DNA of 63,949 nucleotides, filler included, from Klebsormidium nitens (Eukaryota > Plantae > Klebsormidiophyceae): the NCBI GenBank assembly GCA_000708835.1. It is 6 parts of 6 records of this genome, joined end to end, with 100 filler letters (N's around TTAATTAATTAA, not from the genome) between each part and the next. Parts side by side here need not be neighbours in the genome. Positions count along the whole stretch, not along the records: positions 29,553 to 59,371 come from DF237789.1; 5 more parts are not named here. The stretch is one strand, 5' to 3'. Under the pieces are notes generated by a model. It ran no database searches. It had not been told where the DNA came from and saw only the letters and a program-made list of their open reading frames with translations. Positions within the stretch are counted from its first letter, which is position 1, and every line of letters starts with the position of its first letter. Position numbers and translations under genes: made by a program. Shown here one piece after another: positions 35,536-49,300 of this stretch.

Positions 35536-37537
35536 ATGATGCATCTGAGCCAGGAGGTCGGCGAATTGTCGCTATCACCCGGCCCCCAAGACGAAGTGCG
35601 CGCGTTCGGCGAGGTTTCGAGGTTTGTCGCGGACGGGAAGGCGCGCGCCGCGGGGTTCCTGGCGGCGATGTTCAGCGCGTGGGCGGCAAACCAGTTCGTG
35701 ACCTTTTGGATGGACGCCATGGGCGCGGCGATGATGTTGGGGGCCAGGTTCCTCGCGATCGTCGAGACGGAGCGCGGGAACCTGCGGCCCGAGGTGGGGC
35801 GCCCTTTTCAGCAGCACTTAGCTTTTATTTTTTGCTGAATCACTGCTGCGATGTGTCAGGCGTACCACCCCCGTGGTACGTCTCTTAGTATTGGTCCTCG
35901 ACCATGAGCCGTTTGATGGCTTTTCAATCCGAATGGATTCTTAAAGGTGAGGAACCAGTCGTAAAGTATAACAGCTTTGACGGGATTCGCCGCTTATTCG
36001 TCTTGTGTCTTTCGATTCGGCATGTCCAGTCTCTCGTTTTGTTTTCTGGCATGCGCGTCATTTGCGTCTGGTCGTGTTGTCTGTCCTGGCATCGGGTACT
36101 TCTATTTCCCCGTAGCCAGAGTCTTGTACTTCGCTCAATGAGAGACGCCCGTAACTTAGCATTGAACGGCGATCAAATGCTATCATCTTGGTGTGTCCTT
36201 CGGGCTTCAAAACTTTCCTTTCACCCTCTTTCCGTTCACACAACTTTGCTTTTAATAAGCGCTTAACTAACTCCGTTACTCCTTGCTTCTCGAAAGCGTC
36301 TGCCTAGCTTGACTCCCTCGATGATCTCGCATGGTAACCATGTTCTTCGCGCCTCCCCAGATGGCTGCCCTCAGCATTACGTACGCCGCCGAGTTCGCTG
36401 AGCTGCTCATGTGGAGCGTGCGCCAGTGGACCGAGCTCGAAGTCGCCATGGTCGCCGTGGAACGCGTTCTCGACTACACCGCTCTCCCCTCAGAAACCTG
36501 GGACGGCCGCCCGAGAATCCCTCTTCCGGCCACAGTACAGTCTTTGGAAACTGGCGTACCGGGCGCGCGGTTTGTACCGGGCGCTCAGCCGCCCGCCACG
36601 TGGCCCGAGCACGGCCGGTTGGAGTTCCAGGACGTGTGGCTGGTGTACGAGGTGCGCGCCAAGGGAGCGGTGAAAGCAACCGGGGGGCAGAAAGTGCCCG
36701 GCAGAACGAGAGACGGGGACGGAGAGAAGCCCGGGAAGGCGGCGCTGCGGGGAGTGACATTTGCGGCGTCGCCCGGGGAACGGATCGCGGTGGTCGGGAT
36801 AATGGGCGCCGGGAAGAGTAGCTTGGCTGGTAGAACTAGATCGGGGGAGAATCTTGATCGACGGAGTCGACGTGGCGGGCGTGCCGCTCGCCCAACTGCG
36901 GTGCAGGCTCGCGGTGGTGCCTCAGGAGCCGGTGCTCTTCTCCGGGAGCCTGCGCAGCAATCTGGACCCCCGGGGGGTGCGCCTCGACCGCGAAACCTGG
37001 GCGGCGCTCGAGGCCCTTGCGCTGAGGAAGACGGTCGCCGCGAAAGAGAAGAAGCTGGAGGAGGAGGCGGGCGGGGCGCTGTCGCTCGGGGAGCGGCAGC
37101 TGCTGTGCGTGGCGTGTGCCCTGCTCCAGTCAGCGACGGTCACGACCGTGCTCGACGAGGCGAGCAGCGCGGTCGATGCGGACTCGGAGCGCGCCATCTA
37201 CCGGGCGCTCCTGTGGCGCCCGGGGATGCCCCGGTCGCTCGGCCGCGGCGGCTTCGGAAGCTCGGGGTAGCTCTCCCGGGCGCCGAGTGGGCAGGCGCTG
37301 GCGAACCTGGAGGGAGAGGAGAGTGGCGGGGGGACCCCCCGGGCGTTTGAGGGCGCCCCGGGCGGTGGGTTCTACCTCGGGACGGTGTTGTACATTGCGC
37401 ATAAGCTGAGCACGGTGTTGCAGTGTGACCGGGTGATTGTGTTGGACCAGGGGCGGATTGTGGAGATGGACAGTCCGGCGGTGTTGATGGCCAGAGAGGG
37501 GAGCCGGTTTGCGGCGATGGTAGAGACGGTGGGTTAA
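35536..37537 (+). pseudogene. ABCC/MRP-type ABC transporter, C-terminal half (TMD2 end + NBD2), disrupted
   Basis: EVRAFG...WAANQF; ELEVAMVAVERVLDY; WPEHGRLEF; Walker A VVGIMGAGKSSL; VPQEPVLFSGSLRSNLDP; signature LSLGERQLLC; Walker B VLDEASSAVD; H-loop IAHKLSTV to TAA at 37537. There is a frameshift/deletion near 36840 and a TAG at 37268. Confidence 0.88.
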
Positions 37538-38507
37538 GCGATGGCGCTTGCAAAGCAGGTTAAGAGATCAATGAGACCAAACACGGTAAACGTCAAGGCT
37601 CACGGAGTCACAAGCTTGCAGACGCCCGCTAAGTGCAGGGCCATCGAGTTACATGTTGCTTTATTATGTCCGGCTAGAGACTACAGTACGTGGTCAACCA
37701 AGTGGTACGCATTGTAAATTCTACAATAAGCTGCATGTTTCCGTCTAACTCGAGAATTCAATAGCTAAGTCTAACGCTAGCATATCATAGTATACTACGA
37801 TTGTGCGTGGTCTCAAATTGGATTTTGTAGTTTTTGATTCGAACACCGGGTGGTCCGACGAGCCTCGGGCCGGCCACGCTTTTCGAGTTCAGCCAGTCAA
37901 CTAGTGCAACCATACACTTTCCGGGCGTCTGCTGGCGCTATCCACAGATTGCGTTTGCTCAATGCGAAGATGATCTTTCACTTACGAGACTGTGAGTCTG
38001 TGCTTTGCGCCGTCAGGTGCACCTTAAGGTCTTAGTATCAGATCGGGAACAGCAATATGGAGCCATGATGCTGTTTCCGTTCTGTTTACCGGCGGCGCGC
38101 TTTAGTTCACACACACGTCTCCTGACGCGCGGATCATCAACTAGGTCGCATAACATAACGCCGATGCGATAACGAGCCACCCACAAACATACGATGATGC
38201 ATCAATGTTAGCAACATGTTCGATGCACTGGATGTACATCCAGTGGGCATCATTGAGACGCATGCAAAAGCTCCTTACTAGCCAATCATGCAAGCGACGC
38301 ATACACTAACAAAGATGGGAAGGGTGGTCGACAAATGCCAAGTCGCATATCTAACAAAAAAGCATGCGAGGAGTGAATCGATTGGAAAAGTGAACTGCAA
38401 TTGATAGGCTCCGTTACATTGATGTCGGTCTCGTGAAACAAGCTGATGTGGACAGTCATAGGGGCCCCTCCAACAATCTCTCTAGGTCAAAGATGCGGAT
38501 CAGCTAC

Positions 38508-41500
38508 TTAGCTCTCCCCGTCCCAATCTTCTTCCAAGCATCCTGCGGGATGCCCACTTAGCAGAAAGTGGTCCATCATCCCCGATCCACGATCAATCGA
38601 GACCGTCCACCCCGCCAATGAGCTCGGCTGTGAGATCAGACCGCCCCGGTCCCCGTCCCAGCCCCACGACACTGTGGACGGGTCATACACCGTGCCTCCG
38701 TTGCTATCAAGAATGCCCCCGTCCGCAGCGAGAGCGCTGATCCGCTGCAGGTGATCGAAGATGCGATCCTCCCCGGTTGCGGGCAGGCTGTCGCAGTCGC
38801 TGTCCGCATCCAGATACCCTATGCTCTGCTCAGAAATGGAGGTGTTGCTTCCGCTGACCCCGCTCGCAGACGGCTCCTCATCTGGCGGATCGACTCTCGC
38901 CGCCACGCTTCGGCACCTTCCGTCCTCCTCCGCCGGCGCTGCTGCCTTCCGTTTTCCCACTGGCCCCGGCACCGTTTTCTTGACCACGGACCCTCCCGTC
39001 CGTTTTCGCAAACCGTAACACCCTACCCGTGTCTCGTCCTCACCTCCGCCGTCATCCTCTGCCACCGAGGCAAGCCCTGCCCCTGCGGCACCGGAAGAGG
39101 GTGGAGGCGGCTTCTTGCCGGCTGATCCCTTTTTGTGCTTCTTCTCCCGGTGCATGGTCTGCTGGGATGTGTCTCTGCGGCTTTCCAGAGAGTTTTCGTT
39201 TCTCCGCTTCACCCGGGTGAGCTCGCTCAGGCGGGACAGCTGCCCGGCCGCGACTTCGTCTGGGAGGGGCGCCTTTGAATCTGCGTTCAGCGCCGCACAC
39301 ACAGCCCGGTGCTTGTCTACGATCCGCGCGAGCACTGCAATTGCCTCCTCGGTCGTCCCGCGCTTTCGGCACAGCGTCTTTAGGTCCGTAAACCAGAAGA
39401 GCTCGAACTGCTGATGCGCACCGGTTGCTGCGTAGACCCGAAACTTCGACTGCGACTGCACGAGGAGCAACTCCCCAATGACCTGCGTGCTCTTCGAGGC
39501 AATGGCGTCGGTGGCCGTACTCCCCGTCAGAGGCCTGAAGTCCGTGAGCTCGAAGAAGACAAACGTGTACTCCAACATGCTCGTTGTAATTGACCTGTAC
39601 CGAAAATCAAAACCATTCAGAAGTAGGCAGCGTGAATTGCTTTATGTTTCAAAGTGTCTTTCAAAGCAGAAGTTGCCGGCAAGTGAACCGGACAAATACT
39701 ACCCGATGCCAAAGTAGCCACCACAGGTTCCGACTGAAATGTATGAACACTTCATAGAACCTTACGCAATGCATCTGCCATCGAAGTGAGATCCCGATCC
39801 TAACAAAAGGAGACTCGCAGGAAGAAATTCCCAAAGACCATTCGTGGAGGAAGAATTATTCAAAGGCGAAAGCAAGCACGGGTGTAAAGAATGTTCGAGT
39901 ATCAGGCCGGCTGCAGAAGGTCTGCGGGCAGTGGTACGCCACATGCACGTTGCCTCTGGGGTCTGCTCTACCAAGGCCCATCATTGATGTATACACTTTC
40001 CGTTACCAGGGTTCCTAGACTACATTCCTTTGCTACAGAGCTTCCTTCAGTCGCAGTACAAGCAGTAAAGCGGCGCATGAATTGATCTGCTTCATAGCGA
40101 CTTGTGGGTGGCACCTACAACAAGCCCGAACGCAATGTCACGAGAGGAGAGTTCTAAGAAGCAACTGCGAAAAGGGAGCCTTTGCTCTCTCTGTCGGAGA
40201 AAGCTGCGAATCTGAAGTCATGCATCCTCGTTTCTATATGACACCAGCTTCCTTGAGGGGTGCAGACTTTGCAGACTCGGCTCACTCCTGAGGCGATTGC
40301 AGGCTCCAGGATAGAGACCTACCCGAGGTACGAACTCGGCTCACTCCCGAGGAACTTGCCAACTCCAGGACAGAGACCTACCCGATGAACGAAGGGGTCA
40401 TCACGAAGTCACAGTTCCCAGTGACGTCCGTTGGTGCGCCGGGGAGAGGGAGGCCCGTGTCTCCATTGAAGAGCCGGGCAGAATGCGTATCGTGCAAGGT
40501 TACGGGCCAGTCCGGTTTCAGGAAATGCTTCCCGAGGTACTTGTAGAACGGCGCGGTGTTCTTCTCCTCTTTCCCGCCGGCGACCGGTTTGTATTTGGGG
40601 AGGGGAGGGACAGGGTTGGGGATTCCAAATGGCCAGGAGCTACATGCCTCCTTGAAGCCAATCCTCTCCTGGGCCGCCCGCAGGGTCTTTGACGTTAGGT
40701 CTGATGCGCTGCAGTGCGAACGCGCTGCTGGAGGAAGGCGGGCAGTATCTGCAACGAAGAAATGTGCAGACTTATGATGAGTGTAGAAGAGAAGGGGAGA
40801 TGAACAAGCTTTTCTTCAGTTCAGGATGAATAAGATATGTAGTGCCTTCGCAAGGAATTTGAGCAAGTCTTAAGTTGATTGAAACCGGGCCCCAGGCGCA
40901 CCTTCCAGAGCTGCATAATCAGGGTCAAAGGTCAGAGTCCACTTTCTCAGTGGGGAAGAAGCTTAAGGATTTCGAGATGACCAGGAGTCTGTCAGACTCA
41001 CCATTCAAAACCGCAGAGGTGAAGGAAGAGAGATTGAGTGGGGAGTCGGGGTTAGGGGTTTATTGGGTGTCCGTCGGACCCACTTGCCAAAGCAACACGC
41101 TCAGAAAGCAGGGTTAAGTGTTCACGATCTCCTGAGAATTCAGGATTAGGGTCTAAGGTTCACTGGGAATTAGTCAGACACACCTTCCGAAGCTGCACAA
41201 TCTCCTAAGAATTCAGGGTTAGGGTCTAAAATCCACTGGGAACTAGTCAGACACACCTTCCACAAGCTGCACAATAGGGTCAGGGTCAGGATTGGATTGG
41301 GTTCGGGAAACCAGGCTCCAGGTCCATGGCAAGTCGGTAAGTACACCTTCCAAGCTCGTGCGTTCAGGATTTCATTGCGCCCACGCCTACAGAGAATCCT
41401 GGCCAATGCGTCACAAAAGCACTTCAAGCCACCCTGGTGTTCCCTGCTATGCAAGAAAGGAGCCGACAGGAGATTTCACGCACCTTGAAGTATCCTGCCG

Positions 41501-43353
41501 ACTTCCTTACGTGGGGCGCAAACCAATCTCCATTCGCAACGCTGGCAAGCTTCAGTGCAACTCACTTCGCAGCCATACTTGCAGTGGCGCTTCTGGAGAC
41601 GACCCCGGAACATCTAGGGACTCGCTCAAGTCAGCACCGCGATGATCCTTCAGATGTAAGTCTTCCGGCTCCAGGTTATTCGTTTCCGCGAGACGCCCTT
41701 GTCTGGTGAATGCTTTTAGGACGTCGACGGCAGCGTTCGAGGAGGGGTACACTACTGTGTCTAACGCCTGCTCTCCCGAATCCACCGGCCACATTATTCT
41801 AAGGTACACGGAAGTGGGCGACCCTGCTCAAATGGCAAGCAATCCATCAGTTCACGGCATGCGTTGACAGCCAGAAAACTGGAGGGCCTTCAATCCACTG
41901 ACCTCATGACAGCGTGACAGCACAGTACAAAGTCTCCACAGAACGCAGCTACCAAACCAGAGCAGCGTGAGAGGGTGTCTCATCCAAAACAGCAGAAGGG
42001 AGTGCCACGATGCTGCCGCAGTCTTTGCTTTCCTTGCAGCCTCAACGATAGCGAGCAGGTTTCAGATCTCATGTGCTAATCTTGACAAGCACAAAACGGA
42101 CACTCCTTACTTGAAGACAAGGCTCCACACCTGCCTGGCCTCCAATTGAGACCAAAACTGTCTCGAGTTTAGCACAAGATTGCGGCTATGATTATCTCCA
42201 TAAAACCCCCAGAGATTGAGGAAGAAATCTCCTCGGTGATGCCGCCTCCTCACAACATACAGTCCGCAGACCCACGAGCTAGCAGAATAAGAACCCTAAC
42301 AACCCTTCAAACCAACAAAAGGATTCTAGGACAGAAATTGAACGACTATGGGATTGGCAGCTTAGGCGACTTACTGGCGCTTCCAGAGGCTACACCGGGC
42401 GCAACCGCTGCTCCAGCCACAGAGGCTGCGCACACAGCAATCAAAATCAATTTGACACCAGAGACCCAGTGCTGAACTAGACCCTTGAGTACAATGGCGA
42501 AAATGCCTGCCGCCTCATCTCAATGAATATGAGACGGCAAGGAAGCCCAGACTTGAAAAGCATCGGGCCTGGGCCAAACCGGCAGCTCGAGCACTCAGTA
42601 AAATGCATGCTTGCCGCTGCACAGGTAGGAGCTCTCTCTGTGTGCTTGTGTGTTTCATTCATAGACACAAGTTTGCAGGATGCTGATCTCAGACACTGGT
42701 TTATGAAGTAGATCAGAAGGTCTCAGAAGCAGCTCTCCCCAAACACTCTAAGCATGCTTTCAAGATCAGAAGACAAACCAAGGCTCCTGCATTCATGTGG
42801 GGGAGCCAAGTTTGCATACCCTTGGAGAAGCAGTCTACTTCTGTACTGCGGGGAAAAAAGGAAATCGCAGATAATAGCAGACCACCCAGCTCAGGAAGCA
42901 TGCAATCTCGATCCAGCCTAAGAGGTGAAATGATTCAGAAACAGAAAAAACAGGCACCCACATATTCAAGGGGTGGTGTAAATTACGGCGTTTACCATGA
43001 AGCAGAAATCTCCAACATCGCAAACATGCACAAATGCCATAGAACAGTTCGAATTTTTGAGGATTTGACTAATTCTTGCTCTGAATCAACAAAGGCAGTT
43101 GCCCTCTGCATCAAGAACCAGGAAACTCACCACTAGTCTGCAAGCCAACCTCCTTCGCGAGCAGCAGATTCTCCTTCTGCTGCAGAGCTGCCAATTCCTG
43201 ATACAACGCCGTCGACTGCTTCAGCCAGCAGAGCTCAGCCTCCTTATTGCCATCTTCTTTCTCGTCGTTGAGACGTCTGTCCACTTCTTTGATTTTCTCC
43301 GAGAGGGCTTTTATGCTTGCGGCAACCTCTCCTTTTCCCGCCTCCACAGACAT
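38508..43353 (-). CDS. Crinkler/RHS (CR)-effector-like protein: coiled-coil + ubiquitin-like header + PD-(D/E)xK-fold domain (exons 43353-43131, 41823-41579, [41494-41484], 40708-40382, 39594-38508)
   Basis: All exons are open with GT-AG junctions. Phases are compatible if an 11-nt microexon is used. The spliced core DVTGNCDFVMTP...VFFELT...QVIGELLLVQSQSKFRVYAATG...FELFW parallels the G.xD...ExK...QxxxEL..W.FFW pattern of CR-REase domains. Confidence 0.6.
40275..40392. repeat. 59-bp tandem duplication overlapping a splice donor
   Basis: ACTCGGCTCACTCC...CTCCAGGA.AGAGACCTACCCGA occurs at 40275 and 40334. Confidence 0.85.
41127..41275. repeat. ~73-bp tandem duplication with TTAGGG-like motifs (intronic)
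   Basis: ATCTCCT.AGAATTCAGG.TTAGGGTCTAA...CAGACACACCTTCC..AAGCTGCACAAT occurs at 41127 and 41200. Confidence 0.85.
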
Positions 43354-46300
43354 GTTGTATGCGACTTTTTTCAACAACTTCTCGCCTCAAAACAAGCAGA
43401 CGCCCTCAATAAGCAAGATCCCCAGCGACTCTTCTTGCCCACTACAATGTGAATCGGTTGCAAACACGGACATTGGCGATGTCAGCAGTAAGCATGTACC
43501 TTTTCCGCTGACACAAACATGTGCCACAAGGCATGGGCGTTGGGGGTTTGAACTCTGAACAGTTTGCCTGCATGGGGCTTCTGGTTCAAGTCCTGGAACT
43601 GAACAAAGTAAATCGCACAATGGAGGGGAACTTTGCGGAATAACTCAATTTTATGTTGAGTTAGGCTATGTTGAGTTACGGACGGTGCGCCGGGACCTCT
43701 AAAAATTCACTGAAGCGTATTTTACGGATTGCTAACATCGAAGAGCGACACCTGGCAGCATTGGAGACCATCTGGAGGTCACCTTTGTCGCACCTCGGTA
43801 CGTACCCTCAAGAAGTCATGAAATCTCTGAAAATAATTTTCAAAATTGGAAAATGCGCAAAATACTGGAATTGTTCGAAGGTTTCGGCAGACTCTTGCTC
43901 ACAAAATGGGAAGCGTGATTGTCACTGATGTCAGGAAACAGGCCTTTCAAAGCCCTCTTCAAACCGTATGACGAGCTCAATTCTAAAGAGCCGACAAGTG
44001 ACAAGATGTGTACAAGCTGTGTCAGATGCTGGACTCCTCATGTCATTATATTACGTCATTGTAAGTTGCAACTTCAGTTCTGCCTTCAGCAGCAAGCAGA
44101 GCGTCGCCGCAGCCATGGCTACCTTCGTAATTGAATGGTGTTCAAGTAAGTCATATGTTTCACTCTCTGCTGTTGCTACCAGTCTTTCTTTCGTGTGCAT
44201 CTGTTGAATGTTCATGCCTTTCTTCTGGCTTAACTTCTATGTGTAGCTGTTCATGTTTCTTTTGACTTTCTTTGTGGCATTGCAGCATATGCTATTTATT
44301 ACATAAAAGCCCACTCCATACTCCGTCTCTTGCACCGTTTAGATTAGCCACCTTTCAGCATTGCCATCTTCTGACGAGCTGCGGTATGGCAAAATGCTGT
44401 TGATATCAAAGTCGTTTCTGCTGAGACTTGATTTGCTTCAGGATCTCGCTTTTGAAGATACTTAAGGGCAGCCTTCGTGCTTTTCTCATGCATAGCTTGT
44501 TTGACATTCTTAAGTATGTTGCTCCCTGCTCCGTTTGGCCTTCTATTCTATCCTATTGTCCTTTTCAAATTTTCATAGCTTTGTGCAATATTTTTTGATC
44601 CCTATCCATGCAGGCGTACTGCCCTTGAACGCGCAGCCAGGGTAGCGGGCTGCCAGCAGAAGCAGCAGCACCACTTGCAAATGCGGGCACGCAACTCGGG
44701 GGGCGCAATGGCGGACAGTAGCTCAATTGACAGGAAGCCCCTCGAGGTCTCAAAGGATTGAGCTCCACTATGGTTAGCAAGTAGCGAGCCCCAACAGAGT
44801 GTGCGCCATGCTACCCCCGCCTCTCCAAGCGACAGTCTCTGCCCCCCATTGGTGGAGGGAGCGCCGACTGTGTGAAGGCGAGCCTGTCAAGGGGAATTGA
44901 CCTCTGCGGAGCACAACTTTGACTTGGCGATGGCAGCTGCCTCCCTCGTCCTTAGGGCACTCAACGAAGCACGCAGGTAAGGCGGAGCTGGGGAAGGCAA
45001 GCAGGCCCCTCACAGGGTCTGCTGCTGTGTCACCAAGCTGAAAAGACTGTACCAAGTCCATTTGTTGGTTGTGAGTAATCAGAAGAAATATCCTCATCGA
45101 TAGGATTGCGGGTCCTCAACTGGTAACCTGGTCTCCATACCACCTGCTCGTGAATTCTGCTGGTCCAAGCCTTGCCCGCAGAGGACTTACACCCATTCCC
45201 TGGGCCCCTCTTGATGAGCGACAGGACCCCCTCTTGACTGCGATGGCGTCGCTCAGCGGCCATATCTTCTTTTGTGTGTGTCTCTTGATCCCGTAGCTAA
45301 GCACACAGAGTTCTCCAACTCCTGCCCAGCGCCCTTTTGGAACACCCCCCTTCGGCCCACTCTCCGACCAGGTTCTTGATGCAGGCTGGCTTCGGGCATA
45401 TAAATTTTAGCAGGCGTCCTTTAAATGCCCTCCTCCCAACCCCTGCACAGATTGCGGACAAAAGGCCCGGCTGGAGGACCTGAGCCAGAGACAACGGAGG
45501 AGACGCTTGTATGAGAGCATCCGGAAGAGCCCGGGGGCCAGGCCCGCGCGCCGAGCCATGAGTAAGAAGAGGGGCGTCCCAACAGTGACAGGAAGTTGTT
45601 GGAAACAGGTGAGACCACTACTAATAGAGACTATGAGCGGCTGAGTGCCGCAGGCAAGTCCAAACGCTTGGACAGGGCCGCTATAGCCATTTCGATTCGG
45701 CTCCACTGGAGTGCATCAGCTGCGGTTCGAAAACACGCTGCAAGAAGAAGCACTTGGGAGAAAAAGGCATACTGGGTTTGTTGAAAGTTAGCCGTTGCAT
45801 CGGGAGACTTTGCTTGCTTTACAGGGAGTGCTCGCGCGTCTTCCACGCCCTCCAAGTTGTCCAACGAGAGCTGGAAAGAACGGCTCTCCGAATAGCTGCC
45901 TGCCTGCAGTCTGCGTTTCAATCACAAAGTAGTCCTATCATTCATGCAGTTATGAACGAGTTCCTCAACTGGAGCACAAGAAGGCGGGACAGAAGGCAGG
46001 CGGCACGGGGCTTGGCCCCAGTGGAGGCTGCAGCGGTCGTGAAGACGGCAGGACATGCTGAGAGGTACGCTGCAAGTGATGCAGTGCACGGCTGCATCAG
46101 GGGTGCGCAGAACGGAGGAATGCGCTGGTAGCCTTCATGGGCAACGTGTCCACGCACATAAGTAAGTCGCGGGGGCTGCTTTGATGTCTGATATCAGTCT
46201 GACAAGTGCATGCTCAACGTGGCTGCCTACACGTAAGCTCATGAGCAGTTCCGGGCTAAGGAAGTCTGTTTGCCGTGCTTTGCGTTCAGAGTTCTTGACA

Positions 46301-49300
46301 CGCTCGATGTAATTGCACCGACAGGAGACGAACATGGCGTCTCGAGTTCTTTGTCAAGACTCAAAGAAGGTCCACTTCCTCATTACATTCTCCAAATCTC
46401 ATTCCCGCCCAATTGTGATTCGCATGTGCGCTGCAGATACCAGTCGGCTGAATGCTTCTGACCAGCTTCTATGAAACTACCCGACTAATCGGAATTTCTG
46501 TTGCCCTCGCAGCCTCTCAGCAGTATAACGAAGGCGCTATCAGTGTCACCCTACGGTTCGCAAGGCGCCGCTGGGACTGCTCACACCGGCCGGGGTTTTC
46601 AGCAGCGCCATTGCTGGCAGGGGTTTCCTCCTCCATGACTCGACGGCTGACGTCAGCAACGGCGTCGACCGTTTCGTTCAAGCCCCTGACAGCCGGTCAG
46701 TCAAATCACTGCGTCCTTCCCTCTCGTGTGCTGCCCGTCACTGTGGCTTGTTGCAGGTAGATTTCGAACAACTCCCAAATCACAGTCCAGAGATTCAATT
46801 CAACAGGCCGGCGGATGTCTCCACCTCATTCTTGACTTTTCGCCCGATTGGTGTTGCTCGAGATGCGAGAGCCAGAACTGCACATCCTTTTCAAGCCCAA
46901 TGACAGGGTTCTGCTTGTTTTTCAATCTCATCAATGGTCTTTTGCTCTGCAAAACTGAACCGGCTCGAAAGGCAGCGCTTCTAAAGCTTCACAAATTCAT
47001 ACATATTTCAGAACGCTGCTTTATTCACAGCGCTTCTTCCTACCTTTTTCGCAGGTGCCTGAACCAGGCCCCGCCCCCGCCCTTCCGACCTCCCGACGCA
47101 CCCCCTCGGCCAATCCACCTCCTGACCCGCACTCCCGGCTACCACCCGACCAACCCTGCTCAGCCCACCCGGTAAGAACTCGTCCCGCTTTCCTTTCCTC
47201 GGACCCGCCCCCACAGTTCTCTTTGCCTCCACCCGACCAGCCTCCGACCGGAGGTCCCCCCTTCCCTGTCGGTAAATGTATTCGCCACCCATGCAGCCCT
47301 CCCCGGTCAATTCTGCACCCGGTCAGCCCCCGGGTCAACCTGCCTCCCGTCAGCTCCTGCCCAACTCACCGCGTTCCGACCAGTCCCCCACCGAACTAGT
47401 CCCTCTCAAATGTTTTGGTGGACACACGTGCAGCAGCAAGAGCATCCGTTTTCAACCCCGTCGCAAGGGGAGTGCCTAAAGTTCATGGGCGGAGAGACTA
47501 GTATGCTACTATGCTCGCTGATCTCACCCCTAGTTAACGGCACGTTAGTACCCCGGCGCAGGCGCACCGCGAGCTGGAGGTGCTGGACACAGACGTGGCA
47601 CGCCAAGGAAGAGAGCCTAAACTCTGAAAGCTTTGACGGACCATCTTAAGGACGACCAGGGTCCTATCAAAATGCTCGGTAAGCGGAGAGGTGCACCATG
47701 CAAAGATTGTCTTTAGCTGGTATGTTACATCGAGATCAATCAGGTCTCGTAAGATGTGTTTATTTGGGTCTGGTCGGAGATCAATGCAAAGTGAAAGTTC
47801 TGATGTTCACATTCAGAACCCGTTGAGATTCTCAAGATACACGCAAGCTGTCCGGTCACATTTGCAGGCCATGATCTCCACGAAGCATGAACCTAGGTTT
47901 ACTTTGTGTCTTTGAAACGTGCGGCAGTTGCGATTTTAACACGAGTTCGATCGTGCCTATGCAGACTATCTCGGAAGCGAAGTACGGTGCAGGCGAAGTG
48001 CTCTGTTACGGGGTTGCACTGGTATCTCTATTGAGTTGTCAACTTGTGGTGGAAAGACGGGTTGGTGCCAGCAAAGGTGCATGAGAGCGTGAGCTACTGA
48101 CCGTTGTATGCAAAGCTGCGCTCGAATGCAACCTCGACTCACACACTTTAAATACACTAACAGTAATAAAGAAGTCCGATCGCCGTTTTCTTTGGTTACA
48201 TTTTGGTCAAGGGATTGCCCCGGGTTGCAATTATCATTCCCGACTTCCGCCGTATGCACTAAACGTTCGGTTTGTATAGCTGTTGACTCGCTCGCTGCTG
48301 GGGCACGTCATGCTTGAAGTTAGGGCCTACGTGACATCGTCCGACCTGTTCTGTACATATGTGGCCCCGACGAAGCCGGACTGTGACTTGAATCTTCAAG
48401 AATTGATTCCGGCGTGGCCCAGCGTATTGCTATCATAAAAGAAAAATGCAACGAAATCAATGTTCCGACCTCTCAGTGGCCTTCGATCAAGTTTGCGAAG
48501 CTGTCATGGCAGTGATCCGGCCAAACATTTTAAGCTAAAATTGACGAGATTCTTTATAGTTGTATAGTGCGTATCATCATCTGTGCGTACTGCAAACTTC
48601 CTTTCGATCATGCATCCAATCAAGCCATGCAGACGGTTATCAAATTTAGCACTGACATGAGCGGCTGCACCCACTTTGAATGATTACGTATGCATCAATT
48701 CGTACACACATGCAGCGTTGATCAGTGAACATTTGTTTATTGTCAATCACGGGCGTGCAACAGTGGATGTGTTTGTATACGTACGCTTGCTGTTCATGAG
48801 CACATGCCCGCTCAGGTCGTTGGAAGGCTACTAACAATCCATGCACAACTCCTTGACATAGACGCTGGCTATTATGAGCCAGTGCACTGGCAAGAGCTAC
48901 CTTTTGTAATCACAATATAACAAGCCTAACATGGAGCGTGCACATGGCGCTGCATGTTTCCGCCAGCGGTGCTGGGCTACTTGGAGGCTTTTTGAGAGGA
49001 CTCGATCACTTTTATAATAGCTTGCCACACACAGGAGCCCATTCAGAGCTTGCCATCAACTATAGCGCACGCGCGCTTGATTCAATTCATCTCGCTTGAA
49101 ATGATTCTGCCAACTCCCGTCTACTTCAGCAACTGGTATGTATATTATGATTGAATAAATAGTGTCTTTCTTCCATTATGTTCCGTGCCGTTCGAAGCTT
49201 CAAAGACCTCTAGCTCCTGTTGTATGCAAAAGTAATCGGGCGTGATTCGGTCCAATATCTCAGCCTCTTCTTCAAGAGGCTAGCCTGGTACGCTACAATA

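Noticed and set aside
42188-42475. ORF faintly resembling a non-LTR retrotransposon C-terminus (LNDYGIGSLGDLL)
   Set aside because: Too short and the motif is too weak. It lies antisense in an intron of the CR-like gene.
44565-47479. Short helical or Pro-rich ORFs (45596-46131, 47021-47479), and similar ones at 33191-33963
   Set aside because: They have many stops and no recognisable domain or consistent splice model. They may be relics but cannot be called.
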